This document shows positions 58,609 through 64,000 of a stretch of DNA of 64,000 nt, piece by piece. The stretch lies in the NCBI RefSeq assembly GCF_001677475.2, contig NZ_CP015229.1. One strand, 5' to 3'. Under the pieces are notes generated by a model. It was not told where the DNA came from, did no database searches, and saw nothing but the letters and a program-made list of their open reading frames with translations. Source of the stretch: Escherichia coli (GTDB lineage: Bacteria; Pseudomonadota; Gammaproteobacteria; Enterobacterales; Enterobacteriaceae). A program made the translations under genes and the position numbers. How positions within the stretch are numbered: position 1 is the first letter of the stretch; each line of letters starts with the position of its first letter.

Positions 58609-59010
58609 ATGGGGGCTATTTATACCGAAGAACAGCGGGAAAGGTTACAGCGTCACATCGTTGACCTTGTACGTAAAAACGGGCGTATGACAATGCCACA
58701 ACTGGCATCGGCAACATATGCTTCACATGATTCCATTCGCCGGTACCTGAAGATGCTGGTGAGCCAGGGCGAAGTGTATGTTGTCAGCGGAAAAGGGGTA
58801 TTCCTTTCAGAGAGAGTTTACCGTGAATGGCTGGCAAGTTCGGCAAAAAAATCAAGGGTTATCCGCAAACCAGCACAAAAACAGGGTAAGGCCGGAGTAC
58901 AACCCTACGACCGGCACCAGAACGTAATTTGCCGGGAATGTCGTAACAGCGAATCAATGCAGCGGGTACTGGCTTTTTACAGGGGTGGATTTCAGGAGCT
59001 CGTATCGTGA
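58609..59010 (+). CDS. hypothetical DNA-binding protein (winged-helix-like N-terminus)
   Basis: 133-aa ORF, translationally coupled to next ORF. Confidence 0.5.
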   Translation: MGAIYTEEQRERLQRHIVDLVRKNGRMTMPQLASATYASHDSIRRYLKMLVSQGEVYVVSGKGVFLSERVYREWLASSAKKSRVIRKPAQKQGKAGVQPYDRHQNVICRECRNSESMQRVLAFYRGGFQELVS

Positions 59011-59315
59011 AAAAGTGGGTGCGTGCCGAGATACTGATTCTACGGCAGTGTGCGGGAACAATGACGGTGGAATGCATCGGGATGCTTATTGGTCGTAGTG
59101 AGGCTGCGGTCAGAACGAAAGCGCGGGAACTGGGTATTAGTATGATGTTACGGGGTGATTATCACCAGTCAGCAAAATATCCGCAGAGTGATATTGAGCT
59201 GGCGCGACAGCTGCATCAACGTGGCGTGTCCAGGAGAGAAATCGCCAGAAAATTTGGAATGCCGCTGCGCACAGTGAATAACTACGTTTATTTCGACAGG
59301 AGGGTGTCTGCGTGA
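59007..59315 (+). CDS. hypothetical protein with two HTH-like segments
   Basis: 102 aa; RSEAAVRTKARELGIS and VSRREIARKFGMPLRTV helix-turn-helix-like motifs. Confidence 0.5.
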   Translation: MKKWVRAEILILRQCAGTMTVECIGMLIGRSEAAVRTKARELGISMMLRGDYHQSAKYPQSDIELARQLHQRGVSRREIARKFGMPLRTVNNYVYFDRRVSA

Positions 59316-59557
59316 AAATCCTGTATCAGGATTACGGCCCGGTGGGACAGGTGGTTATCAGCAGTACTGTAATGGAGTTCCGGAAGCATAACCGTGTGGT
59401 GGATGCAGTGCTGTTAGCCTGTCCGGGGATATCGGCGAGCCGTGCAGGTGTGTTTTTTATGAAGACGAAGTTATATGGCAGTACAGCGTGGATAAAGAAG
59501 GCGTACCGGGTAGCGTTGCAGGAGGTAAACAGTGAGCGAATCGGCAACCATTCTTGA
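59312..59557 (+). CDS. hypothetical protein
   Basis: 81-aa ORF overlapping neighbours at both ends. Confidence 0.4.
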   Translation: MKILYQDYGPVGQVVISSTVMEFRKHNRVVDAVLLACPGISASRAGVFFMKTKLYGSTAWIKKAYRVALQEVNSERIGNHS

Positions 59558-60020
59558 TATGTCCTGTGGCAGTCGTATGTTCTGGTTCGATAAGAATGAC
59601 GACCGGGCGATATTTAGCGATATCAGAAAAGAAGAGCACACATTATGTGATGGACGACGCCTGATAATTAGCCCTGACCTGATAGCAGATTTTCGTGCAT
59701 TACCATTTGCAGACGCATCGTTTCCGGTTGTTGTATTCGACCCTCCGCATCTTGAGCGTGTTGGTGATAACGCCTGGATGGGAAAGAAATATGGACGGCT
59801 GAATAAAGATACCTGGCGTGATGATTTGCGGCAGGGATTTAAAGAAGCCTTTCGTGTGTTGTGGCCACACGGTGTTCTGATTTTTAAATGGAATGAAACG
59901 CAAATACCTGTCCGCCAGATATTGGCACTAACCGACGCGAAACCAATCATCAGCCAGCGCACCGGTAAGAACGATAAAACACATTGGATTATTTTTGTGA
60001 AGGAAGCGACCAGTGGGTAA
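59532..60020 (+). CDS. orphan DNA methyltransferase (amino-MTase, DPPH motif)
   Basis: 162 aa from GTG with GGAGG SD; motif I-like DMSCGSRMFW and motif IV VVVFDPPH; no adjacent restriction endonuclease gene. Confidence 0.7.
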   Translation: MSESATILDMSCGSRMFWFDKNDDRAIFSDIRKEEHTLCDGRRLIISPDLIADFRALPFADASFPVVVFDPPHLERVGDNAWMGKKYGRLNKDTWRDDLRQGFKEAFRVLWPHGVLIFKWNETQIPVRQILALTDAKPIISQRTGKNDKTHWIIFVKEATSG

Positions 60021-60267
60021 ATCAAAATGCCAGGTTTATGGCAACAAGATAGAACCGTGTACGGCACTGGCAAACTCCCTTGAGCATGATGCTGAATACA
60101 CGACGCGAAAAGGTCTGCTGATATACGAAATCTGGAATGAGAGTTTAACTCGCGGCCCTGATTTGGTGATGTTGCGATCCGGTGAATTTTCTAAATCACC
60201 AGTTCGGGTTTCATTTTTCCCGTTCTGCGGTGAAAGTCTGAAAACGTGGGAGAACAGAAATGAATGA
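60013..60267 (+). CDS. hypothetical small Cys-containing protein
   Basis: 84-aa ORF from GTG, overlapping MTase stop. Confidence 0.45.
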   Translation: MGKSKCQVYGNKIEPCTALANSLEHDAEYTTRKGLLIYEIWNESLTRGPDLVMLRSGEFSKSPVRVSFFPFCGESLKTWENRNE

Positions 60268-60571
60268 AATTAGAGAAATACCAGTAGAACGTGATGAATA
60301 TGGCTGCTGGACACATCCAGAATATGAAAAATTCTGTGACGGTCGGGAATATATTTCAACGGAAGAGTTTAACGCCTGGATGAAGGAAAATAATCTTCAG
60401 TGGACTATTTGCAGCATGGATGAAGATTATTTAAATCCGGTTGCAGATGACCCCGATATTTCCGCCTGGGAACCGGAACGACCAGAGGGCGAAGGCTGGT
60501 TTATTAGCTCCATTCATGATACTGAAGATGGTCCGGTTTGTGTCTGGTTGCGAAACAAGGTGATGGCATAG
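60260..60571 (+). CDS. hypothetical protein
   Basis: 103-aa acidic ORF, overlapping starts/stops in array. Confidence 0.5.
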   Translation: MNEIREIPVERDEYGCWTHPEYEKFCDGREYISTEEFNAWMKENNLQWTICSMDEDYLNPVADDPDISAWEPERPEGEGWFISSIHDTEDGPVCVWLRNKVMA

Positions 60572-60874
60572 ATGAGAATAGAAAAAGCGAAAGCACAGCT
60601 CAGGATAATGCTTGCTGGTCCGGCTGCGAGTTATATGACACATTCACCAGCCATAAAGAAGGTTCTTGATGAACTGGAAGCCAAAGACAAGCGCATTGCA
60701 GAACTGGAGGCGAGGGAAATCCAGTTACCTGCTGGCTTCGACCTTCGATATGGACACCCGATAAATGCTGATGAGCGACATGTGATGATACCTAAAGAAA
60801 ATGGCAACTGGATTTATCGGACTGACTTAGAGCACGTACTACGTGTTGCAGGGATTCGAATTAAAGGAGACTAA
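60572..60874 (+). CDS. hypothetical protein
   Basis: 100-aa ORF starting at stop of previous gene. Confidence 0.5.
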   Translation: MRIEKAKAQLRIMLAGPAASYMTHSPAIKKVLDELEAKDKRIAELEAREIQLPAGFDLRYGHPINADERHVMIPKENGNWIYRTDLEHVLRVAGIRIKGD

Positions 60875-60875
60875 C

Positions 60876-61232
60876 GTGGAAATAAAACCAGAAGATGAGT
60901 TAAGTAATATTGTTTTATTTCCGGTAAAAGAGGATGACCCACGTAATCAGGTTAATTTTCTTTATGAGCCATCGGAAAGACCATATTGTCATCACGCCTC
61001 TGTCCGGGTTGACGAAAAAGAGCGTCAGGTCCGCTGTAAAATCTGCGGTGCAGTTGTGGAGCTATTTGACTGGATGCTCTCTGTGGCGAAAAGAGAAACC
61101 AGACTGGCAGATGATGTAAGGATCTTGCGCCAGGAGGAACGGGAAAGGCGGAGAAATATAGAAAAGCTAATTCAGATTGAGCGTAACGTGAAAGCGCGGA
61201 TACGCAGGGTGACAAAATCCAGAACTGAATAA
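60876..61232 (+). CDS. hypothetical zinc-ribbon protein
   Basis: 118 aa from GTG with AAGGAG SD; CHH…CKICG motif; basic C-terminus. Confidence 0.5.
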   Translation: MEIKPEDELSNIVLFPVKEDDPRNQVNFLYEPSERPYCHHASVRVDEKERQVRCKICGAVVELFDWMLSVAKRETRLADDVRILRQEERERRRNIEKLIQIERNVKARIRRVTKSRTE

Positions 61233-61280
61233 TTAAATTTAGCTCTGTTAAAAATTTAATCCTTAACCGGAGGTATATCA

Positions 61281-61493
61281 ATGTCAAACGCACAGAAAGT
61301 TATTAACGCTGAAAAATATAACGAGTGGGTGAAAAAGTTCTCAGAGCAGATTTTTAAAATTACTGGCGACGAGAATGCGGCAAAAAATGAATTAGAGCCG
61401 TGGACACCTGAAGGTGTCGACCCAAATTATTGCTGGTGGGATGTTGATCCAGTTGATGCTGCAAATGAAGCTATGAGTTATCACAACGATTAA
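61281..61493 (+). CDS. hypothetical protein
   Basis: 70-aa ORF with GGAGG SD. Confidence 0.5.
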   Translation: MSNAQKVINAEKYNEWVKKFSEQIFKITGDENAAKNELEPWTPEGVDPNYCWWDVDPVDAANEAMSYHND

Positions 61494-61528
61494 TGTCAGG
61501 AGGCCGCCCGAAAGGGCGGTAATGAAAA

Positions 61529-62362
61529 GTGACTGAATTAACCAAAGAGCAATTAATCGAAGAAGCCAAATTAAAAATAGCGATTGCGAAATGCTACCCC
61601 AGTTCAGGGATGGCACGGGTAGAGGGCGAGTTATTCAAAATTGCACTGGCATCGCTGGAAGCAGAACCAATAGGTGCTTTCCACATTGTAGAACAGCAAG
61701 TTGACGGAACAAGTTACTATATCAAGGATGGGGAATGGCCTATTGATACTGGGATTATTGAAGTCTACGCCGCCTCACCGATGACGGTAGTGCTGAACGA
61801 TGTATCTGGACCTCTTGCTCTTGCTTACAAAGAGCTTACACCTGCGATTATGCGCAACCATATCGCTGTATTCGAACGATACGGAATAACCCCAAACGAT
61901 AGCATTACTACAATTCATGCGCTTCGAATTGCGCTGGATGGCATAGAGCGGAGCGACGCCATGCTTCATGGACGTCAGCCATGCCATCAAATTACCGCCT
62001 CAATGGCAAAAGCTATTGCGCTTAAACTTGGTGCCGAACTGAATAACGAAGAAGCAGAGATTTTCGCGGATGGGTATAACACCGCCATGCTTCATGCCGA
62101 AAACTTTCGGGAAAATAAGAATTCGTCAACCAATAATTTTCGGATAACCTCGGAAACGTCAACCAACTCTCCGGCAATCCCTGATGAGGTGTTGTCCGCA
62201 ATCCTGAAGGTCGCCAGGCTTCGTGCAGATTTCGATGCTTCTGAAGGTGACAGGCGAGGTATCGGTGGTTGTCTGGATGAGGCCGAGCAAGAACTTATCG
62301 TTACCATTAACAAATACGCCAGTCAGATCGCAGTAGAAGCGATACAGGGGGCGCACCAATGA
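61529..62362 (+). CDS. hypothetical phage protein (277 aa), function unknown
   Basis: Largest ORF of nin-like array, GTG start after hairpin ggccgcccgaaagggcgg; no recognisable catalytic motif. Confidence 0.6.
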   Translation: MTELTKEQLIEEAKLKIAIAKCYPSSGMARVEGELFKIALASLEAEPIGAFHIVEQQVDGTSYYIKDGEWPIDTGIIEVYAASPMTVVLNDVSGPLALAYKELTPAIMRNHIAVFERYGITPNDSITTIHALRIALDGIERSDAMLHGRQPCHQITASMAKAIALKLGAELNNEEAEIFADGYNTAMLHAENFRENKNSSTNNFRITSETSTNSPAIPDEVLSAILKVARLRADFDASEGDRRGIGGCLDEAEQELIVTINKYASQIAVEAIQGAHQ

Positions 62363-62471
62363 GCCGGCCCGATGCATTTGCAGGCGTTGCTATAGCTATT
62401 GCTTTTCCAGTATATGTTATTTGTCGGTGGGGGTAAAAACGTTCGCCGGAATTCACACCAAGGGAGGGAAT

Positions 62472-62576
62472 ATGTCGGATGATATTTCACTGGTAATGGA
62501 AGGCGCTCTGGCTGTTATTGCTGTTGTGGGTGTTTACTGCCTGGTTGTGTTTTTGATGGATCGCCTGGGGAACTGA
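62472..62576 (+). CDS. 34-aa single-TM hydrophobic peptide
   Basis: MSDDISLVMEGALAVIAVVGVYCLVVFLMDRLGN with strong SD AGGGAGGG 3-4 nt upstream; not in track (<60 aa). Confidence 0.5.
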   Translation: MSDDISLVMEGALAVIAVVGVYCLVVFLMDRLGN

Positions 62577-62820
62577 ATTCATTCCGTATGGGAATTCCCA
62601 TATCGGGCAAAAACGGTTTGCTGTAAAGCGAGAGTTAAGTAGAATTGCTGCGGGTGCTTGAGGCTATCTGCCTCGGGCATGCCGCCGTAAGGCAGACAGA
62701 GAAAAGCCCCAGTTAACATTACGCGTCCTGCAAGACGCTTAACATTAATCTGAGGCCATATCTATGACTTGCACACGTAGGTTAGCCTCTTACGTGCCGA
62801 AAGGCAAGGAGAAGCAGGCT

Positions 62821-62976
62821 ATGAAGCAGCAAAAGGCGATGTTAATCGCCCTGATCGTCATCTGTTTAACCGTTATAGTGACGGCACTGGTAACGAGGAA
62901 AGACCTCTGCGAGGTACGAATCCGAACCGGCCAGACGGAGGTCGCTGTCTTCACAGCTTACGAACCTGAGGAGTAA
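62821..62976 (+). CDS. hok: Hok/Gef-family type I toxin (HokD/RelF-like)
   Basis: 51 aa MKQQKAMLIALIVICLTVIVTALVTRKDLCEVRIRTGQTEVAVFTAYEPEE; AAGGAG SD; in-frame upstream ATG at 62764 gives a 70-aa mok-like extension. Confidence 0.85.
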   Translation: MKQQKAMLIALIVICLTVIVTALVTRKDLCEVRIRTGQTEVAVFTAYEPEE

Positions 62977-63014
62977 GAGACCTGGCGGGGGAGAAATCCC
63001 TCGCCACCTCTGAT

Positions 63015-63422
63015 GTGTCAGGCTTCCTCAACGCACCCGCACTTAACCCGCTTCGGCGGGTTTTGTTTTTTCTGTGCATTCTGGTTTACAATTCGCACGC
63101 CAGCCTGAACAACTGGCACCTGCTGCGCCAGCAGAGACAACCGATGGCGCACGATACCAAATTACACAATTCTGATGATTCTGCCGTTTTTGCCAGCAGG
63201 CACGGGCTGCGTTCTCACGCATTCAAATATGACTGGTATCAGCACGATCCCTGCACTGAAGAACAGGCCGAATGGCTGATTCATAACTACCGCAGACGTG
63301 GGTATGAGTTTAAGAAAGCCCTCAGTCTCGATTATCGTCACTGGATAATCTACGTCAGACTCCCTTATTCCGAACGCCCGCCGCGTCCATCCCGCACATT
63401 CCAGCAACGGATCTGGAGGTAA
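63015..63422 (+). CDS. hypothetical protein (Rem-position), start uncertain
   Basis: ORF after hok; likely start at ATG 63144 (92 aa). Confidence 0.45.
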   Translation: MSGFLNAPALNPLRRVLFFLCILVYNSHASLNNWHLLRQQRQPMAHDTKLHNSDDSAVFASRHGLRSHAFKYDWYQHDPCTEEQAEWLIHNYRRRGYEFKKALSLDYRHWIIYVRLPYSERPPRPSRTFQQRIWR

Positions 63423-63423
63423 C

Positions 63424-64000
63424 GTGCGGGTATTACTTCGACCTGTTCCGGTGCCGGAACTCGGGCTGGTGGTCCTTAAGCCGGGCCGTGAATCCATGCA
63501 GGTATTTCATAACCCTCGAGTGCTGGTGGAGCCGGAACCGAAAAGCATGCGCGGTCTGCCGTCCGGAGTTGTTCCTGCCGTTCGCCAGCCGCTGGCGGAA
63601 GATAAATCATTGCTGCCATTTTTCAGCGACGAACGGGTGATTCGTGCTGCCGGCGGCGCTGGTGCACTGTCTGACTGGCTCCTGCGTCATGTTAAATCCT
63701 GCCAGTGGCCTCATGGTGACTACCATCACAGTGAAACCGTCATACATCGTTACGGTACCGACGCGATGGTGTTGTGCTGGCACTGCGACAACCAGCTGCG
63801 TGACCAGACCTCAGAATCACTTGAGCAACTTGCTCAACAAAACCTGACAGCATGGATGATTGACGTCATCCGTCACGCAATAAGCGGTGCGCAGGAGCGG
63901 GAATTATCGCTGGCTGAATTATCCTGGTGGGCTGTCTGCAATCAGGTGGCGGACGCACTACCGGAGGTAGTATTACGTCGTTCTCTGGGGTTACGTGCGG
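63424..64000 (+). CDS. hypothetical Cys/His-rich protein (possibly DUF968/YdfU-like), 3'-truncated by window end
   Basis: GTG start 1 nt after previous stop; CQWPHGDYHH…CWHCDNQ motif; open to window edge. Confidence 0.5.
   Translation, partial: MRVLLRPVPVPELGLVVLKPGRESMQVFHNPRVLVEPEPKSMRGLPSGVVPAVRQPLAEDKSLLPFFSDERVIRAAGGAGALSDWLLRHVKSCQWPHGDYHHSETVIHRYGTDAMVLCWHCDNQLRDQTSESLEQLAQQNLTAWMIDVIRHAISGAQERELSLAELSWWAVCNQVADALPEVVLRRSLGLRA

Larger units (their letters stand above)
49789..64000. mobile_element. lambdoid prophage (int-proximal end; continues beyond window) integrated at potB/potC junction
   Basis: Tyrosine integrase and excisionase next to truncated potB frame, followed by early-left genes, Rac-like immunity switch, replication module, nin-like array and hok. 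Confidence 0.9.

Overview
Escherichia coli-type chromosomal window, syntenic with the K-12 flgL–potC region, with two accessory insertions and one inactivated core gene. All calls are from reading the ORF track and sequence by eye against remembered protein families and K-12 gene order; no BLAST/HMM search was run, and coordinates of non-CDS features are approximate. Core backbone: flgL (5' partial), rne, rluC, yceF, yceD-rpmF-plsX-fabH-fabD-fabG-acpP-fabF, pabC-mltG-tmk-holB-ycfH, ptsG, fhuE, hinT-ycfL-lpoB-thiK-nagZ-ycfP, ndh, ycfJ, comR, bhsA, ldtC, mfd, ycfT, lolC-lolD-lolE-nagK-cobB, ycfZ-ymfA, potD-potC. Accessory 1: a six-gene F17/Elf-like chaperone-usher fimbrial operon (13144-19129, minus strand) sits between fabF and pabC, which are adjacent in K-12. 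Accessory 2: a lambdoid prophage starts at the potB/potC junction (about 49.8 kb) and runs off the window end. It carries int, xis, a large protein with a C-terminal DEDDh-type exonuclease domain, a Rac-like immunity switch (RacR/YdaS/YdaT-like), a replication gene containing iterons, an orphan DNA methyltransferase, a packed array of small unknown ORFs, and a hok-type toxin. bhsA carries an in-frame amber codon. I could not identify a multi-gene system that I can confidently call undescribed; the best candidates are the block between the exonuclease and the repressor (53.9-56.0 kb, including an opposite-strand 2-TM gene and a 470-bp apparently non-coding GC-rich segment with a 19-bp inverted repeat) and the unknown ORF array at 58.6-62.6 kb. 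No rRNA, tRNA or CRISPR array was seen.
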